The position numbers were made by a program, and so were the translations under genes. A stretch of 64,000 nt of DNA from the IMG/VR virus record IMGVR_UViG_3300023174_005350, positions 11,006-75,005 of that record. One strand, given 5' to 3'. The notes under the pieces were generated by a model. It searched no databases, had not been told where the DNA came from, and saw only the letters and a list, made by a program, of their open reading frames with translations. Source of the stretch: a virus. Position 1 is the first letter of the stretch; each line of letters opens with the position of its first letter. This document shows, in pieces, positions 50,301 through 59,828 of the stretch.

Positions 50301-50687
50301 TCTATTGACTCTACAGAATCTGGCATAACATTGTGGGAAATTAGTGATGCGGAAGGTGCCCCAGATGGATTGAAAGATTTCGTAAAAGATAATGTTTGGG
50401 AAATATATGAAAATGGAACCGGAATAAGTAAGCTTGCTATCTTTGCTGGTACTTTATATGTTAGTAGCAATAAAAAATTAATAGCAAGATTATATGATAG
50501 TAGTTCTATAAATGGAGATTATACAAATAAATTAATTTTACAAGATGATGGTAATTTAGTATTTTATACTAGCGATTATCAAAAACTTTGGGCTACTAAT
50601 ACTGATGGTGGTAAAAAATCTTATGCGCCCCAAAATTATAAAGGTCGCGCCGCAAAAGCATATGGGGATAATATAAAAGTTTATTAA
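47316..50687 (+). CDS. Virion protein with C-terminal bulb-type (B-) lectin domain
   Basis: LILQDDGNLVFY...LWATNT (QxDxNxVxY) after a Pro-rich linker. Confidence 0.7.
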   Translation: MFFAFNKEQIKAAKDTVFPSAGYINLSSAIIDNYGPNYTSIKLSYILQDVLGDLKVFNVLTAKKMMNLRIFEISSQQMQDELANIKNIKDLNSLLKSYGVYYKDVNAAVSFVGDPYKLEEHYVQNNNVFLNYNFDFLLAKKDPEYLSFGCVFYYDVSEYCLENEVLQDNVTYEAIFGEIKTFNLINAKKPASASLKDLRIVKDIFAIDRLYEQTSLKTTGVKIQSVDNKKIPNKQFFSNIYYTKKSSTELSALFNLDFFKLVYDNSPLREVIYKSDSVEKLLNQSTISHFKFKRRLVKEQFKNYVPVEQESSDVIQTYENTSTGLLTSVDDSFGSVKESAIYTNEDLKIRTFQLLDKKVYSTKKGIYQYGVELKVVDGLIEYLYNLTDQLLLDSSLLKKYLSETDKFVTIPKDSRNINPHLLLSSAIKTGYYDPLSARFTPAFLYNVFPQQYQSDILKVIARYVESLSILGMLKTSVEDTTSVFTSLLNPSFATAQTISYFIKAHSKLISEINKILKETKNNYYKLEYWFENDYVDASYDSSLGYEFIEYDSNTVMQTATDDYIKIRTDEEIKKYSNNGSISAEQQKNKYAFLSPIKVTARTKTLELDKLLEEKNTFALQEYKDTELDIKRYNLLKDADKEVIVSDLTKGLSAEQQKQILKSNRIFNNKSVSLEIVQDKNALVSGSEYKVIDYVDPTMLQLGLSKYINYSNNSFINKATSLSQSYSLQADLLKQNNSRYFDNTSDYLNDLDINSKYLFLYSSIHQIEYLTYKQNLKDEVWKLFDEEAYRNLSNTKTLFCRLKLVDNPLFDQIKLPVFNSYFLLNYIEGEKTSSRMPLDKIPEEPPRAQFLPSLPPYVPPKKPFGLSKKDINPSVMNIFKAPEDDIYDLGTRTGTGVNAEQDAAYEAYLNSLASGPELPQEISLPTDGATPNVPGDTYDSDSAMSILAPDTRYSMYENQEIRFGNNNDTILLRSQNKKYRLVGRKYGLFLQEVVIDSIDSTESGITLWEISDAEGAPDGLKDFVKDNVWEIYENGTGISKLAIFAGTLYVSSNKKLIARLYDSSSINGDYTNKLILQDDGNLVFYTSDYQKLWATNTDGGKKSYAPQNYKGRAAKAYGDNIKVY

Positions 50688-50693
50688 AAATTT

Positions 50694-52658
50694 ATGTCAA
50701 AAATAGATAAAAAAGTAAGAATCTTGTCCAACGATATTTATGAATTTTCTAAAGATCCATTTAGAAAGCTTGTGAGCGATTTGGATCCAAATACATTAGA
50801 AATAAAACTAAAGCCAGAATTTAACATATTTAATTATAATGAAGGATATGACAAAAATAATCAGATTCATTTTGGATTTTTTGAAATGAATTGTGCTAAT
50901 GGTGCCGCATCTGCATTAGTTAATAGCATTAATAGTATCAAAGATCAAGAAATATATAATACTAATTTATTGTGCTATAACCATAAAGAAATAAATGAAG
51001 AAGTTAAGAAACAAGGCGAAGAAAATCTATCATTTACGTTAAAATTTGATACTAAATTTATCTATAGCTATCTTTCTAAAAATTATGAAACGTTCTTGAA
51101 TGATAACAAAAATATTTCTGAATTAAAGCAGCCAAATTTTTATCAATTCTTAGGCGACAAATATATTAACAACACATTAAAGAAATTTATCGGTCAAGAA
51201 TATTTTGTAGAACCACAAAATGTTATAGATTTAAATAACACCAGACCAGAGTTAAAAAATCTTACATTTGATTCAAAATTAGCTTTCAATAATACTCTAG
51301 CTAATTATAATGGCGTTCTTGGACTTTTTAATACTTTTGCTCCTCAGTTTCCATTTTATTCAGATATTAAAATAGATTATCATTATAAACCAGAAAATAA
51401 TATCAGTGATTTATTTCATGATAAAAATTTATATCGTTTGTTATTAGAATATGCTAGCAAATATAACACAACAGATAAAGTCGCTGTATCAAATAGCGGA
51501 TTGTTTACGGGAATTCAGCAGATAAATAAAACATATATTCAAAATAATTCCACATTACAACAAACATTAATTAATAAAAATGTCGGTAGTGGCTTTTTTG
51601 ACAAATTATTAGAATCTACCAAAATAAATACTAGAAGACTCCCTGAAATAATTGATGGCGCAGAAACATATTCAGAAGTAATAGGTTATGTTTTAAATAA
51701 GTATGATACATTTGGTCCTAAATCTACTCCAATACAACAAATAATATTTCCAAATTTGGGTAATAACTCGTATGTAAATTACATCGATACCCAAATAAAA
51801 TATAATAAAAGATATAAATATACAGTAGATTTATTAGTTTTGTCTGTAGGTGTTTTGTATAAGTATAAGTCCGCAGCAGCTACTTCTAATACAACAATCT
51901 ATGTAGATTACTCTTATCAACCAAGAACTTCATTTTATTTAATTAAAAACAACGTAGAATATACAAATAAATTGTTAAGCTATCCGCCTGTTAAACCTTA
52001 TGTAGAATTTTTACCATATGTTGATACGGATAATAAATTTAAATTAACATTATACAGAAATAGCGTACAAAAAACAATAGAAAAACCAATAAGTATTAAC
52101 GCCTCTGATGAGACTATATTTGAAGATCTAAAAGAAGTACAAAATTCTTTGGATAATACAATTACTTTTACATATGATGATGGAAATGCGACAAAATTTG
52201 AAATATATAGAACTGTCGATAAACCTTCGGCGTATACAGATTTTAATGGTAAATTGTTAACAATAATAGAAGCTAATGATTTAGATAATATTAGTTATCA
52301 AGATACAATAGCACCAAATAAATATTACTATTATATCTTTAAGGCTATAGATTACCACAATCAATTTTCAAATCCAACAGAGATATATGAAGTTATATAT
52401 TCAAACGGTTCTTTAAATATCAAAACTTTAGATATAAAAATTCCGGAACAAGAATCAGCCCTAACATTTAGAAGATTCTTACAAGTTTCACCATCAATTG
52501 CTCAATTAGAAGCACAAGAAGGAACAAATGATGTAGTTTTGGGTATCATTAAAGATTCATTGTGGGACAAAAAGTTTAAGATTAGATTAACTTCTCGCTC
52601 AACTGGTAAAAAAATCGATTTTAATTTAACTTTTAAATATAATAAGAGATATAATTAA
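50694..52658 (+). CDS. Virion structural protein with Ig/FN3-like segments
   Basis: YIDTQIKYNKRYKY, FEIYR, YQDTIAPNKYYYYIFKAID. Confidence 0.6.
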   Translation: MSKIDKKVRILSNDIYEFSKDPFRKLVSDLDPNTLEIKLKPEFNIFNYNEGYDKNNQIHFGFFEMNCANGAASALVNSINSIKDQEIYNTNLLCYNHKEINEEVKKQGEENLSFTLKFDTKFIYSYLSKNYETFLNDNKNISELKQPNFYQFLGDKYINNTLKKFIGQEYFVEPQNVIDLNNTRPELKNLTFDSKLAFNNTLANYNGVLGLFNTFAPQFPFYSDIKIDYHYKPENNISDLFHDKNLYRLLLEYASKYNTTDKVAVSNSGLFTGIQQINKTYIQNNSTLQQTLINKNVGSGFFDKLLESTKINTRRLPEIIDGAETYSEVIGYVLNKYDTFGPKSTPIQQIIFPNLGNNSYVNYIDTQIKYNKRYKYTVDLLVLSVGVLYKYKSAAATSNTTIYVDYSYQPRTSFYLIKNNVEYTNKLLSYPPVKPYVEFLPYVDTDNKFKLTLYRNSVQKTIEKPISINASDETIFEDLKEVQNSLDNTITFTYDDGNATKFEIYRTVDKPSAYTDFNGKLLTIIEANDLDNISYQDTIAPNKYYYYIFKAIDYHNQFSNPTEIYEVIYSNGSLNIKTLDIKIPEQESALTFRRFLQVSPSIAQLEAQEGTNDVVLGIIKDSLWDKKFKIRLTSRSTGKKIDFNLTFKYNKRYN

Positions 52659-52677
52659 ATAAATATCTATTTTTCAT

Positions 52678-52685
52678 ACTAGTTA
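52678..52685 (+). promoter_or_regulatory. Putative late promoter ACTAGTTA
   Basis: Recurrent motif, intergenic. Confidence 0.5.
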
Positions 52686-52712
52686 TAGGAAAAGAATCAA
52701 GAGGAAATAAAT

Positions 52713-53678
52713 ATGGCATTTTTGGACAATTCTGGTGATATCATTTTAGACGCTGTTTTAACTGATACTGGTCGCATGAGATTAGCCAAGGGAGATGGTT
52801 CATTTAGAATAGTAAAATTCGCATTAGCAGATGATGAAATTGATTATACTACATATAATCGTAACACAGGCTCTGCTTTTAGTGATTTAGAAATATTACA
52901 AACACCCGTTTTAGAAGCATTTACAAATAATTCCGCAACAATGAAAAGCAAATTGATATCTATCAATCGCAATAATTTGCTATTCCTCCCAGTAATTAAA
53001 GTAAATAATCTAACAAGCAACGGTAATGAATTTGCTATTTCTAATTTAGTGTCTAATGGTTATATTTTAGCTGTTGATCAAGATACACAAAAATATCTTA
53101 CACAAGACGGCTTAACATATGATTCAGTGCCAGTAGGCAAAAAAGGTATATTATTAGGTAAGGATTATACTGGTGGAGCGGGCATAAAGCTAGACCAAGG
53201 CATTGATAACGCTCAAATACCAGCTTCTTCAGTATTAGATCCAGATTTGAAAGAAACACAATATTTGCTTGAAATAGATAATAGATTAGCCAGTATAGTT
53301 GATATGAATGGAACTAAATTAGCTACTCCATCTTATATTGATGATGACAATATTGCTACTTATTCTTTTTCATTCGGCGTAGACACAGAATTCGTAGATA
53401 ATATCCCACCAGATCCAACAAATCTAAGCGCTGGTCAAGTTATCGCTGGTGCGAGAGGAACATACTTAAAGTTTAAATTATCTTCTGCATTAGAAGTATC
53501 CACAAGCAATAGCTTGTTTGATAAACTTGGCAATTCTATGACAGTTGGTGCAGGCGGATTCCAAAACGGATCTATTACAGCAACATCTGTTAATTCAATT
53601 TTAACAAGCGTCAGAATCTCAGGTGTTACCACCGGCAATTACATTGACATCCCATTATTGGTTGTCAGAAAAACATAA
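52713..53678 (+). CDS. Tail/baseplate structural protein
   Basis: MAFLDNSGDIILDAVLTDTGRMRLAKG...FALADDEIDY; GAGG RBS. Confidence 0.7.
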   Translation: MAFLDNSGDIILDAVLTDTGRMRLAKGDGSFRIVKFALADDEIDYTTYNRNTGSAFSDLEILQTPVLEAFTNNSATMKSKLISINRNNLLFLPVIKVNNLTSNGNEFAISNLVSNGYILAVDQDTQKYLTQDGLTYDSVPVGKKGILLGKDYTGGAGIKLDQGIDNAQIPASSVLDPDLKETQYLLEIDNRLASIVDMNGTKLATPSYIDDDNIATYSFSFGVDTEFVDNIPPDPTNLSAGQVIAGARGTYLKFKLSSALEVSTSNSLFDKLGNSMTVGAGGFQNGSITATSVNSILTSVRISGVTTGNYIDIPLLVVRKT

Positions 53679-53696
53679 TATAAAAGGAATTAAATA

Positions 53697-54800
53697 ATGT
53701 CTACAACCTTTAAGACTTTATTAGAAGACGATATCGTATCTACTAGAACTTTATTACATGAAAATATCCCAGTAACTGGAACAATTGTATCTAGTTCTGT
53801 TTACGGTACATCAAGTATCAAATCTTTTAATCATGGCATGTTCCAAACAGTCTATGATTACCCTTATTTAAGTTCTTCTGCTAACCAACTATTTGACATG
53901 ACTATTGGACAAACATCCGATTCTATCGGTAGTAGTTCCTCAGATACATATGCCAAAAAGAAGATTAACATATATAATCAAATGGCGCAAGTACTTGTAG
54001 GACATGATACAACTGGTTCTATATTACGTTTCGACCGCGATGGCGATGCTGCAACAGCCGGTGATAAATTCACATCTATGTTCTTCTTGAACTTCTCACG
54101 CTTGTTAGTAAAAGACGAAGTTCAAAAAGGTAGTTTTGAACTAACATTAGGAATTGCTTCTTCAAGCTTATTACCTTTTGCTAGCACATGTTCAATTAGT
54201 GATTCTGACGGTGTTAACAATTATAAGATTAACTCCCCAACAGGAGAATATGGTATATTATATGCAACAGGAGCTAACTTAAGCTCTAACCCAAATAATG
54301 CTGTTGGATTTATATTTTATCAAGCTGGTGTTGCTGCTATATCAACTGCAATTTTTGCACAATCTGGTACGAATAGTCCTTCAACAAACATGGCCAACAA
54401 CACTTATGGTCAATTAACCGGTACTCTTAATGCATCTGCTAATAACTCACAAGCTTGGAATATTCAAGATCTATTTACTTCTGGTACAATCGATCAAGCA
54501 AATGCGGCTTTAAGAAGCCGTGTCAAGAATGTCACTTTCAATAACACTACAGAATTAAACTCAACAATTCATTTCTGTCGTGTAAATCATAATGAATTTA
54601 ATTATAGCTCTAATCCAACTTACTTGTCTTCAAGCCAAATAAGAGTGAAAGAAAAAACATCCGATGCGCCAATTTCATATATTACAAGCGTCGGACTTTA
54701 TTCACCAGACAATGAATTATTAGCTGTAGCTAAGTTATCTGAGCCTATCAAAAAAGATCCAACACAAGAAATGATTCTTCGTGTTAGATTAGATTACTAA
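53697..54800 (+). CDS. Tail/baseplate structural protein with tail-collar-like C-terminus
   Basis: NEFNYSSNPT...YITSVGLY...LLAVAKLSEPIKK. Confidence 0.7.
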   Translation: MSTTFKTLLEDDIVSTRTLLHENIPVTGTIVSSSVYGTSSIKSFNHGMFQTVYDYPYLSSSANQLFDMTIGQTSDSIGSSSSDTYAKKKINIYNQMAQVLVGHDTTGSILRFDRDGDAATAGDKFTSMFFLNFSRLLVKDEVQKGSFELTLGIASSSLLPFASTCSISDSDGVNNYKINSPTGEYGILYATGANLSSNPNNAVGFIFYQAGVAAISTAIFAQSGTNSPSTNMANNTYGQLTGTLNASANNSQAWNIQDLFTSGTIDQANAALRSRVKNVTFNNTTELNSTIHFCRVNHNEFNYSSNPTYLSSSQIRVKEKTSDAPISYITSVGLYSPDNELLAVAKLSEPIKKDPTQEMILRVRLDY

Positions 54801-54801
54801 A

Positions 54802-55038
54802 ATGTCTTACAAAAAGTTCCAACCCGGAGATATATTATTTAATACAATAAAAACTAAACCTAAATATAAGTTTAAGTTTTATAACGGAAATACTTATTTT
54901 AACAATGGAACAGAAAGTAATATATACTTACAGAAATTAAATGAAGAAATAGTAGTTATACCGCCATCAGGATGTTTGTTCAATAATGCATACGATTTTA
55001 GTTGTGCGGATAATTCACAGTATATTGCAACAATTTAA
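54802..55038 (+). CDS. Small hypothetical virion protein
   Basis: 78-aa ORF in tight operon spacing. Confidence 0.6.
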   Translation: MSYKKFQPGDILFNTIKTKPKYKFKFYNGNTYFNNGTESNIYLQKLNEEIVVIPPSGCLFNNAYDFSCADNSQYIATI

Positions 55039-55048
55039 GGTATAGAAT

Positions 55049-55579
55049 ATGTCACTAAATATTAAAGACGGAAATGGATCGTCGCAAACATTAAAAACTA
55101 GCTTAGATGCTGGCGATCTAGTTCCACACCATATAGTAGATGGTACTGTAACAGTTTCCGCCTCTTTATCAAATCCAATCCCAATAACTGGTACTATAGC
55201 AGTAACTTCTTCAATCGCTTCCCCATTGTATGTTACTGCTGTCCCAGTTACAACAGTAATAAAAACCGCCACTACATCTTTTACTTGGTCTACAGCTGCT
55301 AGCGGAACATTTAATTTAGTAAGCGAAAGTGTAAGTCGTAAGGGATTAACTATTTTTAATCCCGGTCCTAACAATTTATATATTGCTTTTTCAACTGCCG
55401 GTGGCACAACTCACGGGTTTACCTTAACCAATACCTCCAGCGCTCCTTCAAATTATTCATTCATTCTATATCCGTCTGGGACTTACGTATCAGAGCCAAC
55501 GACAGTTGGAGTATATCATGGCGGATATTTCGTAAGCGGCTCTTCATCTATTGGTGTTTTTGCAACAAGTATATCGTAA
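55049..55579 (+). CDS. Ser/Thr-rich beta-structured virion protein
   Basis: AAGG RBS; RKGLTIFNPG..LYI motif. Confidence 0.65.
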   Translation: MSLNIKDGNGSSQTLKTSLDAGDLVPHHIVDGTVTVSASLSNPIPITGTIAVTSSIASPLYVTAVPVTTVIKTATTSFTWSTAASGTFNLVSESVSRKGLTIFNPGPNNLYIAFSTAGGTTHGFTLTNTSSAPSNYSFILYPSGTYVSEPTTVGVYHGGYFVSGSSSIGVFATSIS

Positions 55580-55618
55580 AAAACAAGATATTTTGTTTTT
55601 ATGGTATAATTATATATT

Positions 55619-56605
55619 ATGCCGCCTATAGATAAAACAAAGAATTACCGTTTTATGCCCAAAAACGGTGGTTCCAATTCATTCAAATCTACTCCACCAA
55701 CAGATTATAAGAAATCTGCCTATGGAACTATATTAACAAGCTCGTCACCGAATTCAGCTTCTATAAAGATTGAATGCCTTCCATATTCTACTTCTAGAAT
55801 AGCAGATAGAAAACATATATATGCACTAAAGAATGTTTTAAATAGCTATTCTACTATTAGCTCCCACTATGAATATAGTTCTAGCCAAGGTTTATGGAAT
55901 AAAGAAACACAAAGAATAAATCTTATAAATATTCCAAGTATTTTTTATGGCTCCTCAATTAATAGAGGGACCGTAGAACTATCTTTTGAAGTTTCTGGTA
56001 CGGTAATAGCACAATTAAACGATGTTAATAAAAATGGCGAATTAATACAAGTTTCCGGAAATTATGGCTCTGGGAGTGTAGCTGGAGTTGTTCTTTATAA
56101 TGAAGGATTTATAATATTAACTGGTAGCTGGCCTTTAGACTCTGTACATCAAGAAACATACGATTCTGGTTCCAGTCCGGATTATCCACGTTGGATTTTC
56201 TGGGGCTCTGGGAATAGTTCTTGTACTGTTGTTGCACCAAGTTCTAGTTATGATTTAGATTTTGAAGGTATCAACTATGTTAATACCATAACCATGTTTG
56301 CTCATGCCGAAAAGAATGATTTAAATCACTCTAATAATCCAACATATATAGATTATTCTAATTCTAGCAATTTTAATGCAGTTGCCACTTCAACAACATA
56401 TAGTGAAAACGAATTTTTAAATATCAAAAACACTACCAAATATCTATATGACAATTATACGGGTAGCTTAGAAAAGCAAACTTTTATAACTAAAATTGGT
56501 ATTTACGATGAAAATAAGAATTTAATAGCAGTCGCTAAAGTATCTAAACCTGTTAGAAAAACAGAAAATAGAGATTTTACCTTTAAACTAAAGTTGGATA
56601 TATAA
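55619..56605 (+). CDS. Tail/baseplate structural protein, paralog of 53697
   Basis: IPSIFYGSSI.RG, NHSNNPT, FITKIGIYDENKNLIAVAKVSKPVRK. Confidence 0.7.
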   Translation: MPPIDKTKNYRFMPKNGGSNSFKSTPPTDYKKSAYGTILTSSSPNSASIKIECLPYSTSRIADRKHIYALKNVLNSYSTISSHYEYSSSQGLWNKETQRINLINIPSIFYGSSINRGTVELSFEVSGTVIAQLNDVNKNGELIQVSGNYGSGSVAGVVLYNEGFIILTGSWPLDSVHQETYDSGSSPDYPRWIFWGSGNSSCTVVAPSSSYDLDFEGINYVNTITMFAHAEKNDLNHSNNPTYIDYSNSSNFNAVATSTTYSENEFLNIKNTTKYLYDNYTGSLEKQTFITKIGIYDENKNLIAVAKVSKPVRKTENRDFTFKLKLDI

Positions 56606-56606
56606 A

Positions 56607-57692
56607 ATGTCCGAAACATTAATATCAGAACAAACAAAGAATGTTATTTTAGCTCAAAGCTCCATTGAGACAATGGATGCAGCTTTTCTTGAATATGTAG
56701 AAAAATTAAATATCCATTGTGATTCTATCAACGATAGAATTAAAGTACCAGTTATATGGTCTTCAGCAGAAAGATCATTCCAGATAAAAAATAATAAAGC
56801 TCTTAGAGATAAAAATGGCTCTTTAATACCTCCAATTATTTCTTTAGAAAGAGTAAATATTACTAAAGATCCTAATAAAAAAGGTAATTTTCAAGCTAAT
56901 TTATCACCAAAGCAAGACAGATATTATGTTACCAAGGTTTTAAATCAAGATAAAACTTCTAACTTTGCTAATGCTGATACATTACGAAAAGAAAAACAGG
57001 TTAATTTTGTAACTTCAAAGAAAAATAAAAAATTAGTTTATCAACATATGGAAGTTCGTATTCCAGTGTATGTTACTGTGGAATACAAAATTAATATTTT
57101 AACCAATTATCAGTCACAAATGAATGAAATTATTCAACCATTCATAGCTAAAACAGCACAAAATTACTTTATAATTTCTAAAGATGATTATCGTTTTGAA
57201 TGTTTCATGGATCCGTCATTCAACCAAGATAGTATAAGTGATCTTGGCGAAGAAGAAAGAAAATATAAATCTTCAATTACCGTTAAAGTATTGGGTCAAT
57301 TAATAGGCGAAGGTAGCAATACAGAAGATAAAATTGTCAAGACTGCCGAAAATGCTGTGGAGTTAAAGATACCCAGAGAAAATGTAATTTTTGATGTCTC
57401 TAAGAAGAAAAAAAAGAAAAAAGAATTAGCTAATCCAGCGTTTAACGAAGGAACCTTGATGGGTTCTGGATTGGCATTCAAGAAAACATTTTTAATCGGC
57501 AATAATGTTGATACTCAATATATTATAAATCACAATTACGGAACACAAGATTTATTTATAACAATGAGAGAAAACTTTGGAGAATTTCAAAAAGTAGAAT
57601 TTTTCTGTTTATTCCAAGATGCGAATACTTTAATTATTGATACTGGTGATGCCATACCCACCGATTCGTATGTTATTATTCTTGTTGGATAA
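56607..57692 (+). CDS. Tail terminator/sheath stabilizer, gp15-like
   Basis: KVPVIWSSAER, LIPPIISLER, PVYVTVEYKINI...QMNEIIQ pattern. Confidence 0.55.
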   Translation: MSETLISEQTKNVILAQSSIETMDAAFLEYVEKLNIHCDSINDRIKVPVIWSSAERSFQIKNNKALRDKNGSLIPPIISLERVNITKDPNKKGNFQANLSPKQDRYYVTKVLNQDKTSNFANADTLRKEKQVNFVTSKKNKKLVYQHMEVRIPVYVTVEYKINILTNYQSQMNEIIQPFIAKTAQNYFIISKDDYRFECFMDPSFNQDSISDLGEEERKYKSSITVKVLGQLIGEGSNTEDKIVKTAENAVELKIPRENVIFDVSKKKKKKKELANPAFNEGTLMGSGLAFKKTFLIGNNVDTQYIINHNYGTQDLFITMRENFGEFQKVEFFCLFQDANTLIIDTGDAIPTDSYVIILVG

Positions 57693-57744
57693 TTTTCTTT
57701 TTGGCTGATCAAAAAAATCAATAAATACTTTTTCTAAATTTAAA

Positions 57745-57830
57745 ACTATTTATTATACAGCGGTTTTAATCGGTTGTTTAGGTTAAAACGCTATTTTTTA
57801 TTCGCCCAATGGGCAAGGAAAAGTATTACA
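57745..57830 (+). promoter_or_regulatory. Late-promoter motif plus structured leader (hairpin, U-tract, small hairpin, RBS)
   Basis: ACTATTTA; AGCGGTTTTAA/TTAAAACGCT; ATTTTTTATT; GCCC-AAT-GGGC; AAGGA. Confidence 0.55.
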
Positions 57831-59657
57831 ATGGCAAATCCATTAAAGATTTTAACAGTTTTGACAGCATCCCAAGCTGCAAAATTTGAACAAGGTTTAG
57901 ATGTAAACGGCCAAAAGCTCACTAGCGTAGCCGATGGTACAGTAAATTCTGATGGCGTTAACTACGGACAATTAACAGCAGCTTCAGGCGCTATTAAATC
58001 CTACGTTGATGCAGCAGACCAACATTTACAAAGCAATCTTGATGCAGCTTCTGGTGCATTAAAGAGCTTTATTGATGGCGTAGATACTGCACAAACCGCA
58101 GCTAACGCTTCATTAAGCAGCAGCATGAAAACATACGTAGACGCACGTGATACAGCAATTTCTGGTGCATACAACACACGTCTTAACGTATTAAGCGGTG
58201 CAGTATCAACAGCAATCACTGCCGAAGCAACAGCACGCGCTGCTGCCGATGCAGCATTGTCAAGCTCTATGAAGAGCTACGTTGATGCAGCAGATGGCGT
58301 ATTAGACGCAAGAATCACTAGCGTTTCCGGTGCTATTAAGTCTTACGTAGATGCAGCAGACACAGCACTTTCAAGCTCAATGAAGGGTTATGTAGACGCA
58401 GAAACAACCCGTGCATTAGCAGCAGAAGCAGCCATTTCTGGTGCATTGGCACAAGAAATTGTTGACCGTGGCACAGCAGTAACTGGCCTTTCTTCTTCTA
58501 TGGCAGCATACGTAGATGCAGAAAAAGCCCGCGCATTAGCAGCAGAAGGCGTACTCTCTGCCGCTATTGCACAAGAAGTTAGTGACCGTGCAGCAGCCGA
58601 CACAGCATTATCAGGTGCTTATAACACCCGCGTCAATGCATTAAGCGGTGCAGTAGCAACTGCAATTCTTGCAGAAGCAACAGCCCGTGCAAGCGCTGAT
58701 ACAGCATTATCAACAAGCATGAAGTCATACGTTGATAGTACAGAAGCAGCTCTTTCCGGCGCATTTGATACACGCATCAACAACTTATCTGGTGCAGTAA
58801 AATCATACGTTGACGCTCAAGACAATGCTCTTTCTTCTTCATTGAAGACATACGTTGACGCACAAGACACCGCTGAAGCACAAGCACGCGCAGCAGAAGA
58901 TTTAACCTTCTTGAAATTAGATGGTAGCCGTGCAATGAGCGGCGCTCTTAACATGGGCGGTCAAAATATCGTTTCTGCTAAGAGCGGTAGCTTCTCAGGC
59001 GACGTAACAGTTGGCGGTAACTTACAAGTTAACGGTCAATTAACATACATCAACAGCGTAAATCTTGAAGTAACTGATAAGCTCGTAACTATCGCAAAAG
59101 GTGCAGCTAACGGTGCAGCAGCAGACGGCGCAGGTATCGAAGTAGACGGCGCAGGCGTAAGCTTCAAATATGACAACGCAGCAGGCAAATGGGTATCTGA
59201 CATTGGCTTAGGCGTTGCAGGCGAAGCAAGTTTCGGCGGTGCAATGAAGCTTTCTGGTTCTGCATTCTCAAACATCACCACTCCAGTAGTAGGTGGCAAG
59301 TTTGACGTAAGCGATGCAATCCACGCATTAGACGTTAAGGTTGGCTCAAACGCTAATGCATTAAGCAACGCATACGATGCATTACGCTTAGTAGTAACAG
59401 GCACCATGAGCGGTGGTCAAGTTATTGTTAACTTGTCAACCGAAGGCGGCGCTCAATTCGCTGTTGCACAAATTGCAAACATCGCATTGGACGTAATGGT
59501 TGATGCAGACGGCACTGGTTACACCAACGACTTGGTAGCAATCAAGATGTATGTAGATGGCGCATCATTGAAGGTACAAATCGATGCACCAGCTACACCA
59601 AGCGCAGCATTCCGCTTAATCGCAGTTAACGAAAAAGATGGCGGTTTAGCAGTATAA
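57831..59657 (+). CDS. Ala-rich coiled-coil fibre protein (collar/whisker/tail fibre)
   Basis: Repeats of (M/I)KSYVDAxDxALS(G/S)(A/S); FLKLDGSRAMSGALNMGG; strong codon bias; ATG 57831 has the RBS. Confidence 0.8.
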   Translation: MANPLKILTVLTASQAAKFEQGLDVNGQKLTSVADGTVNSDGVNYGQLTAASGAIKSYVDAADQHLQSNLDAASGALKSFIDGVDTAQTAANASLSSSMKTYVDARDTAISGAYNTRLNVLSGAVSTAITAEATARAAADAALSSSMKSYVDAADGVLDARITSVSGAIKSYVDAADTALSSSMKGYVDAETTRALAAEAAISGALAQEIVDRGTAVTGLSSSMAAYVDAEKARALAAEGVLSAAIAQEVSDRAAADTALSGAYNTRVNALSGAVATAILAEATARASADTALSTSMKSYVDSTEAALSGAFDTRINNLSGAVKSYVDAQDNALSSSLKTYVDAQDTAEAQARAAEDLTFLKLDGSRAMSGALNMGGQNIVSAKSGSFSGDVTVGGNLQVNGQLTYINSVNLEVTDKLVTIAKGAANGAAADGAGIEVDGAGVSFKYDNAAGKWVSDIGLGVAGEASFGGAMKLSGSAFSNITTPVVGGKFDVSDAIHALDVKVGSNANALSNAYDALRLVVTGTMSGGQVIVNLSTEGGAQFAVAQIANIALDVMVDADGTGYTNDLVAIKMYVDGASLKVQIDAPATPSAAFRLIAVNEKDGGLAV

Positions 59658-59683
59658 TATAATCTAATGTAGTTTAGATTAGG

Positions 59684-59710
59684 GGGGAAGCAGAGATGCT
59701 TCCCCTTTTT
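59684..59710 (+). terminator. Intrinsic terminator
   Basis: GGGGAAGCA-GAGA-TGCTTCCCC followed by TTTTT. Confidence 0.92.
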
Positions 59711-59828
59711 ATTTGGCTTATTTATAAATAAAATGGCCGAATTAATTAAAAATTAATATTTTTTAATTCTATATAATGGCTGTAATAATCTATATTTGGC
59801 TGATGGTTGCTATTTTAATAAAATAAAA

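Noticed and set aside
57774-57830. TTG start extending the fibre ORF
   Set aside because: Region is the structured leader; the RBS precedes ATG 57831
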